DNA of 64,000 nucleotides from Lingula anatina (lineage: Eukaryota > Animalia > Brachiopoda): positions 35,235,967 to 35,299,966 of the forward strand of contig CM120640.1 of the NCBI GenBank assembly GCA_051362555.1, given 5' to 3'. Positions 29,853 through 42,733 of this stretch are shown here, piece after piece; the first letter of the stretch is position 1, and each line of letters begins with the position of its first letter. Under the pieces are notes generated by a model, which saw only the letters and a list, made by a program, of their open reading frames with translations, did no database searches and had not been told where the DNA came from. Position numbers and translations under genes: made by a program.

Positions 29853-31946
29853 TGTTGGAAATGGTTTTCCAGTGGAACTTTTCATTCTTCATTTTCATGA
29901 TCATTCATCACCATAGAGAAGCCAGCTTTAGACATGCTCAATGGCCTTCAATCTTAACTGCCCTGGCCATTTTTTTCAAGGGGCATTCTGTCGCTTGATC
30001 GATTGGCACATTCTCATGTATGGACAATAATTAGTCCTCAAAAACTATACCTCAGTTGCTGTGGTTCTGCTGTCTTTAATGGAAACATATGCAAGACTGT
30101 TGGCATTTTCTGACCTAGAAAGAGGGAAAAGTGTGGTGTACTTAGTAGCAACAGAAAAAAATTATTGGGCAAGCATAACTGATTCTTGTAAACTGGAGGA
30201 TTACTGAATGACACAGTCATGGATGTATGAACTGAATATTAGTTGAAACTCTCTCTCTCTTTTTTATTATTATTATTTTTTATTATTATTTATTTATTTT
30301 ATTTATTTTTGCCCAATGCTCTTGTTCCTTTTTATGTACAGACCTCTTTCATGACCAGGGCTTTATAACAAGCATTCTGCGATTCACTTAAGATCTTCCT
30401 ATATGTGATAATCTTATAAAAATGAAAATGAATCCATCAAAACCCTTGATGTTTGAACACAACATCATTATTCTGTTCAGAGAATTATTTCATAATTTAA
30501 CAGACACGGGTTGAAACACAATATATATGAATATTCATATCTGAGCAAATATGGCCAGTAATCTGATTTTTTAAGCAAAGTTTATGATCAGCAGTAGTTA
30601 AAAGTTCAATATGTCATGACATTATTAAAAGTTGCTAGTCATTACCAAAATGATAATTCTAATTACCCTCAATCATTGTAGAACATCAAAATACAGTCTA
30701 CTATGGTCTGTTAAAGATAAGGCAAATTTGTGAGTAATCATGTCAGTTCTTGTTCGTGAATAGAAAGACTGTCTCATCATTATTTTTCCCCTTAAGTGCT
30801 GGTCACTTATTTATCATATTTAGAAAATGGTACATATAATAATTATATGGAATTAAGAATTGGAACCCTAATTACATCAAAAATAACATCATGCACCCAA
30901 TTGCACAAGTACTTTACTCACTGCTATATATTTCTCAAGAATCTGGAAAATCAAGTTTTAAAATATCAAAAGTAGTGAGTCAGGTCATTAGTGATTGTGC
31001 ACAAAGTTTATCTTTATTGTTTCTATGAAAGAAAGGTGATACTGTTTATATGATGTATTTTTATGATGCAGTGGAAAATGTTTCTTTATACAGAAGACTG
31101 CTGAGAGTGGATGAATTTGATATGAATAAGACAAAAATTATTGCTAAATTTCATTTAACAGGTATTTCCAATATATATAATCATGTACTCTTTTACTATT
31201 GTAGATTAAGAATCATATTGCACTGTCTATTCTTAAACAGGAAATACAGAACTGATATACAATCAAGACTTGGTTATTTGTCTTCTTTATTGCCAGTGCT
31301 AAAATGGTCTATTAACACAAATAAGTTTTAGCTGATTTGTCATGTATGTTTTAAAGTACAGAAAATGTCAATTTGTGATGTTATGGAAATGTTTGAAAAT
31401 AATGGGTCAAATTTTGACATAAAGGCAAGGGGAAGCATGTAAAAAATGACAAAGCAGAGATTAAAATTTTCAATTATTAGACGCTCCTTTCTTGACATTA
31501 AAGGAAAAATTAAAATATTATGGGGATATTTACAATTGAGAGTACATAAATCATGCATCTCATTATTCACCCTGAGAGGGGTGCGTCCCTTATCAGCACG
31601 CTATGAATAATAGTTTAAGTGGAGCGCAGAGAGGCGTGGCTTATCTCTATAGGTGAGTTGTCTAACTTTGGTGTGTGAAACCTGCTCTTAAGAAAAAAAT
31701 ATCACGGCCATGGCCAGTGCATACAAGTAATAGAGATTCACACATTATAAATCGAATTTTAACAAGTGCCTTAAAAAAACCTTGGAAGGTATGCTATCCA
31801 AGTAGGCCCTATGTAGCAGGCCTATATCGGCACTTCCAGAGATGGAAATGTCAGTAACGTCTATTATTCATAAATAAGAGTCCAGACTTGCCCTTGAAGT
31901 TCCCTGTGACAGAAAAATGTGGGGTCAAAACTACATCTGATATCCA

Positions 31947-33454
31947 TTAAGGTTGAATTATTTGCTCTGGGGCAGCTTTCTGCTTCCACTCGGTCCAGCC
32001 GCCCTAGGATAAGTAAAAATGAATATAATTTTAGAAATTCTTTCTTGCATGTTCAGTTAGAAAAGAAGACTCTACTTGACGATGAAGGGTTTGAAGGGAT
32101 GAAGTGTTTTAAATCCACACCCATCAAAGCAAAAAAAAAATAAATACTGAAAAAAATGAACTAGTTATATGCTAACAGCATTTTGATATTAAAATAATTG
32201 TAGAAAAACGAAATTATTCAGAAAGAAATGAAACCGTGTGCGCATGTACAAGAACGTGCGCGCCTGTGCATGTGCATTTGAGAAGGAGGCGCAGTAAGAA
32301 TTCTTACATGGTAAACAGCCGCCTGTGGAAACCCTGCTATCATAGCCGCCACCATGACGCTGCAAGAGGATACGCCTCCGTTACATAGCGTGACAACCGG
32401 TTTATTCTCATTCAACCCAGAGTCAGCAAAAACTAGTGATAAAAAATATTATATTGATATGAAGATGACTCATATGTTTCAGCGAGATTATGGAGTTTTT
32501 AAAAAGATTTCACAGACTTCAAGCCCGTTAGATATATTTGCAGTATAATAAGCCAACTCTATTGTACATTTATTTAGACAATCACATTCAACACGTGTTT
32601 AAATACAAATTCTTCATTAATTCGACGCTTGTCTTTGAAGACTGCATTTTTACTTTTTGGCTTTAACGCCATGCTTTGCTACTTTAGAAGTATCAAAATC
32701 TTGGGATTTTTTGCCAAGGGTTTTTTTTTTACCTTTTCTGAGTTCTTCTGGGCTCTTCATACAGCCGGTGCTACTGTCCAGCAATGATTCAAACGGGACG
32801 TTGTAGGCGTTGGGCATGTGTCCTCCTACATAACCTGACAAAGAATTTCAACACTTTAAATAAAATATGTGTTCTGTACGTTACATTCATCTGTTTGCAA
32901 GTAAATATTATTTGAAAAAAATATATATGATTAATTGTTATTTTTAAATAAAAGTACACTGATATTTCACAAAAAAACTTTGCCAGTCTGAGTTTGTGGC
33001 CAAAGAGACCTTTGCAACTCAGGGCGTCTATGTTTGTTTCTTCGTAATAATAATAATAATAATAATAATTAAAGCAGAAACGTTACCTCCTGCAGTATTG
33101 TTAAACTGATCACTGGAACGACCATCCACGATCTGTTCCATTTGATTTGTCAGCAACGGGATCACTTCGTCAAATGACCTTATGAAGTTGTTGTTGGGTT
33201 TGGCTGTAAAATTTCCTTTCTAAATGTAAGAAAAATCGGCAAAAAATGTTTGTTTGGATAACATACTGATTAAGTGTTATTTACAATTTTCGACGCTCAT
33301 CGACTTTTTATGTTGCAGATTAATATTTCCGTAAAAGGATTATGACACTTTCGGCAAATATGAAAAATAAGGATAGATTTGAAATCAGACATTTTATAAG
33401 TTTAATTCAAATAGTAAACAAGTATTCAATACTGTTGCATTTCGTAAATAGAGC

Positions 33455-33493
<39 letters not shown>

Positions 33494-35494
33494 ATTAACA
33501 GAGATGGTATCGGAGGTTGTATTGTATCCGTCTGCGATCCATTTAGCTAATCCCCCGTCCAGAATGGATACCTTCTCATGACCAAAACGCTGAAAGAAAT
33601 AATAGAATGATGTTCTAGGGGGTTTCCTTTGTAATTTTGAAATATAAATCATATCAAGTACATTGAATTGGTTATTAACATTAAAATGACCACAGAGACA
33701 TTAGTTTGGAATAAGGTGAGCGTATAACGCTTCGGCGATTTGCCACCTTTTCTTAATTGCTATATTTTGTACTAAAACTTTTCGAGAATCAAGATGTTAA
33801 AAAAAAGTTAAAAGATAAACAGCCGTTCCTATGTAGGTAAAGGCATTAATATAGCAACATCGTTATAATCGTCGGACATTTCCCTAAAACACGATGTATA
33901 CTTCAGCAATAATCCCAGAAAAACGAGCTTGATCTCATATTATACCAGGTTTTGATAAAGTCAGTGTAAAGTCATTGTCAGGTAGATTACCTTGAACATC
34001 CAGAACGCCCTACCGCCGATGAAAAAGCCGTTTTTACCAGGGATATTGTCATACACAACCACGTGCGTGTCATTGTCAATACCCAGAGAGCGAACTTGCT
34101 CCTGGAACTTTTCGGGCGGGGGTAGATTACGGGGGAAAAGGGGAGTATTTTCGACGTCTTTCATCAGTTCAAAGAATAGTGCTCCGGGAATGTGAGACCT
34201 GCAATAGATGAGAGATTTGAATGTAAAATGGTAACGGGAAAGCAACATAGATACACAGACATTTTTTTAAAAATCATATAAAAAAATTAATAATAACAGA
34301 GGCGGATCCAGTTATATTTTTTAACAGTCTTCCATATTATCTTTCTTGATCCTTCCTACATTTTCGACAGAAAAAAATTAGATACCCGTCAATCTAAACT
34401 TGAAAACCTGAGTGTCTTCCGGAAGACCCAGAAGACGGCCTAAATCCGCCCCTGAATAAAAATTCAAAATAAATGAAAATAGTTACATAGAATCAAACGT
34501 ATGTTAATTTCAATCCTCTCCAACTTAGTCACACCTGAAAAACAAGGCTAAAAAGGTTTACTAAATGCAATCAGACTAAAACGCCTCCTCCTGGAGTTGA
34601 GTAGTAGGAAACAGTAAAGTTAGTACCAGTAGTCTACTACTATGAGATCACCCTATTTTACCCAAGATACAAGCAGCGTATGAAATTTGTTTTTGAATAT
34701 GCTCAAAATATTTCACCCAAGATACAAGCAGCGTATGAAATTGATTTTGAATATTCTTAAAATATTTTATCTCTCCCCCCCCCCCCCCCCCCGAACGTAC
34801 ACCAACGTTTGCCTGCGTACTCGAGACGTATACCATCTGAGTTTTACAAACCTCTTGCGTCTGTCTGCGTATAGGTATTTTTTTCTCATATGATAGCGCT
34901 ACACGTTAGGTGTGACAGTGCCTTAAAGAGAGCTTGCGGATGTTTGATGAGTTTCGAATTTTGGAATACCGGTCCAGCTAAATTAAAAGGCTCTCTGTAA
35001 TATATAATAATATGTGTTTCGTTCACAGATCACTGCTAATAACAGAGCAATGAATTTGTAAACCTATTCATATTCATTTATCATTCCCCATCTGAGGCTT
35101 AGCACCAAAGGCCAAGAGGTCAAGAGTAGGCGAGACGACAAGTGCAGTATAGACGGCTATATAGCCTACTCGTAAGCTTAGGCCTAAACGTTGCTCATGC
35201 AATGACAGCTCAGAAACCTTTCACCCTGAGTTTCCGAGTATATAACAGGCCTAAACGTCGCTAGTGCAGCAGATTGCAGTTCATATACCTATATAAAATG
35301 AGAACCGACACAACATGATAAAGCACCTATATGCCGCACCTATCAAAATCATCTTTCCCGTTCTTCGCACTGTACCAAGTGACGTCCAAAATTCTCAGTT
35401 TGTTTCCAACTCCCGCGGCCTCTGCCAGGTGTTCCTTGAGCCATGCCGAAGACACTAGCAAAGGCGTGTCACCATCGGCAGGTTTGGTGGCCAT
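31947..35494 (-). CDS. Tandem-domain rhodanese-family sulfurtransferase (TST/MPST-like), 7 exons
   Basis: LVSSAWL, LRILDVTW, HIPGALFF, LGIDNDTHVVVYD, RAFWMFKRFGHEKVSILDGGLAKW, IVDGR, GHMPNAYNVPF, active-site CNGGVS and YHGGWTEW. ATG 35494, stop 31947-31949. Confidence 0.95.
34297..34454. mobile_element. hAT-type MITE
   Basis: TIRs CAGAGGCGGATCCAG / CTAAATCCGCCCCTG. 8-bp flanks AATAATAA / AATAAAAA differ by one base. Confidence 0.7.
34660..34742. repeat. Local tandem duplication, about 55-bp period
   Basis: ACCCAAGATACAAGCAGCGTATGAAATT at 34660 and 34715. Confidence 0.9.
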
Positions 35495-35768
35495 GTCTCG
35501 AATACCAACGTGATCTTGTCGCCGGTCCTTTGAGGTTCTCCACTAAGGTGGTGGAAGTGACCTGGTTTATCGTTGTCGCATGAACTCACGTGGCAAGATC
35601 ACCTTTTCACCAGGCTTATTTAGAGCATTTTTCATGTCGTTCGGAAAAAGAAAGTAAAAGAAAAGATGGCCTCGCTACTTCTCGCGCCTTCTAATGTTTG
35701 ATGTGGCCAGGGTGATACATGCTAATTATTCCCCTTGATTCTGTTGGTAGTGGAAGCAAGAAAGAGAC

Positions 35769-35771
<3 letters not shown>

Positions 35772-35810
<39 letters not shown>
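35772..35810. repeat. (TG)n microsatellite
   Basis: Directly visible. Confidence 0.97.
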
Positions 35811-35812
<2 letters not shown>

Positions 35813-36583
35813 GGAGGGGGGGGGGGTATCGTCACCCCTCCAGTGTCACAATTTCCGTATTGACGACTAGATGGTTTTTTTTCTTTCTTAAATGTCCTTA
35901 TCTATTAGGGTCTATAGGCATTTAAAATTTTAGCAAAGGCCAAATATATTAGTCTTCCCGTTCTAAGCATATACGGTTATACAAGGATACATAATCATAG
36001 TGGCAGAATTTTGGTTTCACTTTGAAAAACGACTATATATATATAAACATAGTATAGAGGCGTACATTTTTTTAATTAAGCAATCAAATATTGCAAGACA
36101 ATATGATAAGCCATTTATTTTAACAGCTTCGCATAATTTTATTCCCAAATTTTAAAATAATAATTACTCTAAAATATGGTGACTCTAAAAAAAAGAGAGA
36201 ACGTGGGTACCGGAAAACGCAACAATTTTCAAATAAAGCCCCTTTTCAATAACGCTCTTCTATAAAGTGTTTTTTTTTAACTGTTGGGTGCATATTAAAG
36301 GACCGAAAGGCTAGCTATATCCAGCCAATATACGCAGTGAAACCGAGGAAAACAAAAACGTAATTAAATTCAAACAATGAAACATGGGAAAACGTTCATT
36401 TTCGGACTGGTTTTGAGAAACCAACCAGTTACCAACTTGTGAAAGCATCAACCTCAATGACCGGCGTATATTGGGCTTGCGAAGACAGATTAGTTTTGCA
36501 GTAGAATGAAGTGATCGCCCACTGTCTGTGGCTTAAAAAACAAGTTTTCCTCACTGGTTGATTTGGCAGAAGTCAAGTCCACC

Positions 36584-37795
36584 ATGGATTTTCTTTGCCA
36601 TGTTCGGAGAGCCTTGAGAAAGATTCGTGGAGACAGAGGTAAATTTTGCAGAGTGAAAGATATTTCTACACAATTACGATTCTTTTATCCTGTACTAATT
36701 CCATTCTTTAAATTTCATTTTACCTTATTCTTTATGGGATACACTACTATAGTACCATCCCAGTCGCGAACACAATCGCTTTTCTTTTTGTAAAACTTGC
36801 TGAATGGGACAGGGCTCTACGACATATCAAAATGCGCCAGTTAAAAATATGCAAAATCTGATCTATTTACATAAAACGTATTCTTTCGATTGCATTATAT
36901 GAATACATAGCATTGCTTCTGAAATTGTTAAAACTTCTCATTGCTCTGAGAGTTATCTTTTTTTTTTTTTGTATTTGCAGACAATACAAAATGTGGCAAC
37001 AATTACAACGATAAAACTGTTAAAGGAAAGATAAACTGGAAAGATTTGCCAAAAGTCATACTGTTGAAAGACTTTCGACCTTGTACAATGGATGGCATCA
37101 AAGTCAGCCACGGCCAAGAAGTCGCCGTAGTTTACAGAGACAACGATTGGCTTTACGTCATGACAAAAGACAAGAAAGAAGGCTTTATTCCGTTCTTTTT
37201 CTGTGCCGAAAAGCTTAACCCTCGGTCACCCAAGAGTGGATCCACCGTTTTCTCCGTGCGAGATAAAGATATATCTAGCCCCACTACACCAGGTTTCATG
37301 AATAACGATTGTGCTTCAGTCTGTTCTAAGAGCGACCTTTCAAAAAAGTTAAAAACACGCGGGAGCAGCGTATACACCGGAATCTTGCATAGATCCGCAA
37401 CGTTATCACATGAGAAGCAGCCGTGCAGATCAAAAACCGTAGATGTCGACTGGAACCCGACATGGCACGCTCTCTCAGATCAACATACACCAAATAAACA
37501 GCAGATTGGGCAAGAATTCAAGGAGGACTGCACCAGAAACGGAGGCCATCCAAAGGACCTAGCTGACATTGCACCATTTATCAAAATTTCATTCGGGGAA
37601 TATATTGCCCTTTTCACTTTTGTCCCTTTTGAAGAGAACGACATTTTTGTGAAAAAGGGAGAGATCGTAACAGTTTTGAACATGGATGATCCGGAATGGT
37701 ATTGGGTTCAAACTTGTGACCAACATCAGGGCTTTGTGCCTAGTGGCTACCTATGTCCAACAGAAAATGTGCAAGGCATTGGAATGACATCGTAG
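36584..37795 (+). CDS. Dlish/Vamana-like SH3 adaptor with two SH3 domains (exons 36584-36638, 36981-37795)
   Basis: N-terminus MDFLCHVRR resembles Dlish MAFLCPVR. SH3-1: DFRPC...VVYRDNDWLYV...EGFIPF. SH3-2: LFTF...ENDIFVKKGEIVTVLNMDDPEWYWV...GFVPS. The phase-1 intron joins in frame. Confidence 0.8.
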
Positions 37796-38214
37796 ATGTT
37801 ATTTTAATGAAATGATATTTTTTTGCCATTTTTATAAGAATGGAGAGCAAGAACTACAACGACCAGGAAACTATGCAGTGGGCATTACTACAGGTTTAAT
37901 GTATTGAAAAGACGAAAAATAATTTTGAAATTCATAGACTTTTGTTATTTTTTAAACAAGAAAAGGCAACAAAAGAACAGAAAACTGCTCAAAGAAATGA
38001 ATAATGATAAAAGATCAATTTATTAAATTTTACACATTATTATACTTAAATTAAACCATTGACTTATTCACTATTTATTAAGTGAAAAAGTCTGTTGCAA
38101 TGCGTTTTGGATGAAACTATTTATCTTCAAGATCTTCCTTCTTAAGCTCAGGTATTTTGGAGTGACCCTGATGCAAATGTCAATGAGGAGTCTTTAAACA
38201 TAAACCGTTGAATA

Positions 38215-41200
38215 TCATGTCTTTATAGATGGTCTCCTAGGCAATTTGGTCTGTTCAATTTCTAGTTCTTTCAACTGACGCTCTACATTTGCTAAAACTT
38301 CTTCTTTGTACTTCTGAAATTGGGCCTTCTCTGCGTCCACTCTCTCTTTCACTGTGTTAATCTTTTCTCTACGTATAGCTAGAGCTTGTTTTACGATTTC
38401 CAAACGTGCCCGTTTTCTCTTACTGAGCTTTCTATAATAATCAGGGTGAGGGATATACTTGATTTTCAAAAATTCCAAAAGCCATTTAAACTTCCTGTAA
38501 TCTTCTTTTCGCAATTTTTTCAAAAGTTTTCTCCTCTTGTCTATCCTCTCTTTTAACTGGACCCTGGAGCGAATATCCTAAAATGGAATATATATATATA
38601 TTAATTTGATTCTACCTGCAGAATATAAAATTATTGTTCATTAAACTGTACATCATATGTGGCCAATTTGCCTTAATTTTCTGTAGTACTTCATTTAGAC
38701 CCGAGTTTTTACTATGAATATATAAAAAAGGCAGCAGAGCTGTCAAATGTACAGACAAAAAGCAGAAAATAATGATGCACATAACAGGTTATTTTTTAAA
38801 TTTTGATACAAAAATACATATTGCTCAACATCACAATAACACCAAATTTTAATCTTACACAAGTAACACTGACCAAAAGAATAAAGCTTCAGGCCCATGA
38901 AAGATCAAATTCAAACAAAAATATCCCAATCAGGCTGTTTTTTTCCAAACTTGACCTCTATTTAAGTAATATTGATCACTACTTTAAGTTTGGAGACAGT
39001 GAGTCTACAGGTTTTTCACTCAGTGTTACTTGAATAGCTTATATGTTGAAAAAAAGCAAAAAAACTGGATAACTTTTGTAAAAATGGTCCAATTTAAGAG
39101 ATAACTTAGTGTCCCCAAAGGACAAATTAGACCAAAGAGAACAGTGTGGTGTTGTATACCAATGTGAGTGTCAGGTATGTGGAGAGAAATACATCAGAGA
39201 GACGGAACGTTCTATAACAGAAAGAATCACGGAGCATCAAAAATCAATTAAAAAACGTGATAAAAAAATCAGCTCTCAGCCAACACCAGGAACAGACAGG
39301 ACACTGTATAACATCAACAATCCTAGAAGACATAAAAATCTTGAGAGAGCCACGGGCCACGGGACCTACACCATAAATTCTTGAAGCGATTAACATCCGC
39401 TTACATGGGGCCAAGCTGAATCAGAGTGATGGGACTGAGCTACCCAACCTCAGGCAAGGGAGGGGCAGGCAAGGGGGGGGGGGGGGGGGGGGGGGGGATC
39501 TGACCAAATAGCACACCAGAGGGGTTGATAGGTTGTCACACCTATAACCCCCACTTTCCCTGATGAAGTCTGACTGCAAGCAGATGAAAAATTGGCTGTT
39601 AAGACCAGACAAATATAAGTAGCTATAGACGAAAAGAATCTTTACAGGTCCAATCAAGCTGATTTTTTAAAACTTGACCTGTATTTTACTTATAGTGTGT
39701 TCTTTGAAAGTGCATGACATCAGCATTAGCAATGACAACGTCCACAGCTGCAGGTGATGGCTATGTAATTTTAGTGGGAACATCATCAAAATAGGAGATG
39801 AAATAAAATTTCTATTGTTTCTATGCAGATATTCAACTTTTTACCTCTTCATCTGCAAAACATAAAATCATATCTTAGTGTTTTTATATTTTCTGTCTTA
39901 GTGTGTAATACTTATAAGTCAGATGTCACATTAAATTTCATAACAGATTCTGAAAACACAAATTTCAGAAAGAATCAAAACTGACAGTCATACCCGTTTG
40001 CATCGTGTACAATGCTGAATTTGGTTGCGAATCCTTATTGTCCACTTTGCAACTAAAAAATAAGGAAAATTATCTAATTACATAATTTATTAATTTCACT
40101 TATTGAAAAATAATGAAATTAAATTGCTGTTCAGTAGTGCATGTCAACAATATCCAGTGCAATCACATTTTGATATACATATAACATACAGTTATGAAAC
40201 TAATCTTGTTTACTTAAGCCAATTTCATTAAAATTTTTCAATCATGTTTATTCAGGAAAAGCAATCTACTAAGGAGGCAATAAAATAAGTGTCACTATGG
40301 TTTTACAGACTTTTACAGAAGTACAGCTAGTACTTCTAGGTTGGAAAGAAGCTGTTGTATAACTAAAAGTGTAATCGGTGACTTAGTACCTCCATGGGGC
40401 TGGGTAGTTATTTACATGTTAATATTCAATATTAAGTATATTCGATACTGCCACAATAAAAAATCTGCTTAAAAAACTGCTACTTACTTCGAACTTCCAA
40501 CGAATCAAGATCTTTAGGATGAATCTGCACTTTTCTTGTTATATCATAAAGTCGGTAGGCCATCTTTTCTTGCTTCATTTAAAAACAACAATAAAAAAAG
40601 TAAATGACACATTTTCATTATCTCATAACTGCCATATTCTGAGAACAATAAAATATCTTAAATAAGAAAAGATAAATATGGTCCTTCAAAAATGAATTAA
40701 TAAACTGCTTTAAGTGTTTAAAAATTTAACTGAAAAGAATTTATCAATAATCACCTATGAAAATATCAAAACAATACAAAGTTAATAGTTTGATCACATT
40801 GTTTTTATATGCCTGGTATTCATACTGTTTTATAGTTTTTGCTTTCAAATAAATCAATATTATCCAAGAAGACTGAGATAATAAACAACTCATTTTACAA
40901 TGACAACAGATGACCAACACATCGTCGTCTCTGAACCTAAATGGAACAACTTATTACAAAAGAAATTGAAAATGACGAAAGCATGTGGAAAGATTGCATT
41001 TAATAATAGTCCCATCTCTATTAATGTCATATAAAAATGTAATAATAATTATTTGGCACATTTTATGAATTAAAGCTTTAATGCACATTAGCCATTACGC
41101 AACAATCAAAATAAAAAATCACTTACAATAAAAATACAAAATATTCGACCATTTAAGTCAACAATTAGTTTATGATATATAACATTTAAACTATCAAACT

Positions 41201-42695
41201 TAAGATATTTCTTTAAAAATAGTAGTCTTTCAACTGTCTTACAGTAGATGATTCCAAAGCTTTAGAGCATTATTTCACCCCCCCCCCCCAAAAAAAAAAA
41301 ATGGGACTCCATTTATACAGCGTTCCTAAATACCTACCCCATCTGCAAATTCCAGACTGCAAGCTCTTTTTATCATCTCGTTACCCCTGATAAAATAAAA
41401 GAAAAAGATTAATAAATCAAATTTCACGTAATCATGCAGATTGTAATATCTACTGCTTTGAAAAAAATCTGGCAGTTTGTTTTCTGATAACGTTACATTT
41501 TCTTGTTTGCCATGAATTCCAGTTTTAGGTTTATTATATCATGACTGAATTAAAATTCACTACTAAAATACAGTGATAATATTTATTTTCAATGCAAACT
41601 CTACAGTACTTACATATATTTATCAATTAAATACTGGTCATGAAAGCCAGTTTTCAGTGGACTGAGGTCAAGTGGTTCAAGAGCCTTAGTAATGTCACCT
41701 AAAAAAATTAATAAAATGAAATTAATTCAATTAATTTAATTAATTTAAAATCTTCACAAGTGACAATGGAGTATACCAGTTCCAGGGCTCTATCACTAGA
41801 TTGCATGGACGCACCAGCAGTCCTACAAAAATGAATCTTTCAATATGATCAAGCTGTTTGCACCAATTTGATCTGCAATGTGCCAGTAAAAAATACATAA
41901 TTTATTGGGGTTTTTTTTGTATTTGTTGCATTACGCCGACAAATCATTTAATATACTTTTTGAAAATTTAACAGTATATGAAGGCTATCTTTCAAATATA
42001 CCCGAAATAAGGTAGGCCTACATATGAATAAGAATCAACAAGGTTTTTAGGACATTCCTTTAACTTGTGGACAGTGTTAATTCATAGGTCAGAAAAAAAA
42101 GAAGCCAGGTGAGATGTTATCTTACTGGCAGGTAAGGAAAACACCAAGGAAAAACAGGGATGTTTAATATCTATGATCACATATATTTATAATTAGACAG
42201 GATTCTCATGGGTTTCGTCTTTGTGTAGACATGCTTGACAGGCAACCCCTTATTTCAAACAAAGCCCTGAATCCTTGGGAAACTGATGCCAACCATGTTC
42301 ATTTTGACATTCAGGTACTAGTACGCACCAATACTGAGGCATGTTTATGATGAAAATTAGCATTAGTCTCAGATGCGTTAATTTATTAAATAGCCACTTT
42401 AGGACTGGTGGTGCAACAGCGACATCTGGCACCAAGTGAGCTGGTATACCCCATTGATGAATACAGACCATCAGAAAAATATTCAAGACATATTAGATAA
42501 ACAAAATACAGTTTTGTACGTTAAAATACACCAGCTGCAATGCTTACACATCATCACACGAAAAGAAAGAATATGTCAGCCTCCCCAGGAAGAACAAATT
42601 ACATAGAAGTAGTCATTAATGTAATAATCTGAATTCATACTTTGGCGGTACATATTGTGAGACTATCAAATCCCTAGCATATACATTATTTTTAC

Positions 42696-42733
<38 letters not shown>

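Noticed and set aside
31602-31872. 12-bp inverted repeat TATGAATAATAG bounding a GC-richer segment
   Set aside because: Short, AT-rich and without a TSD; may be a MITE but is not supportable.
34149-34166. CUGAUGA...GAAA on the minus strand
   Set aside because: Lies in sulfurtransferase coding sequence (LMKDVEN) and has no viable stems.
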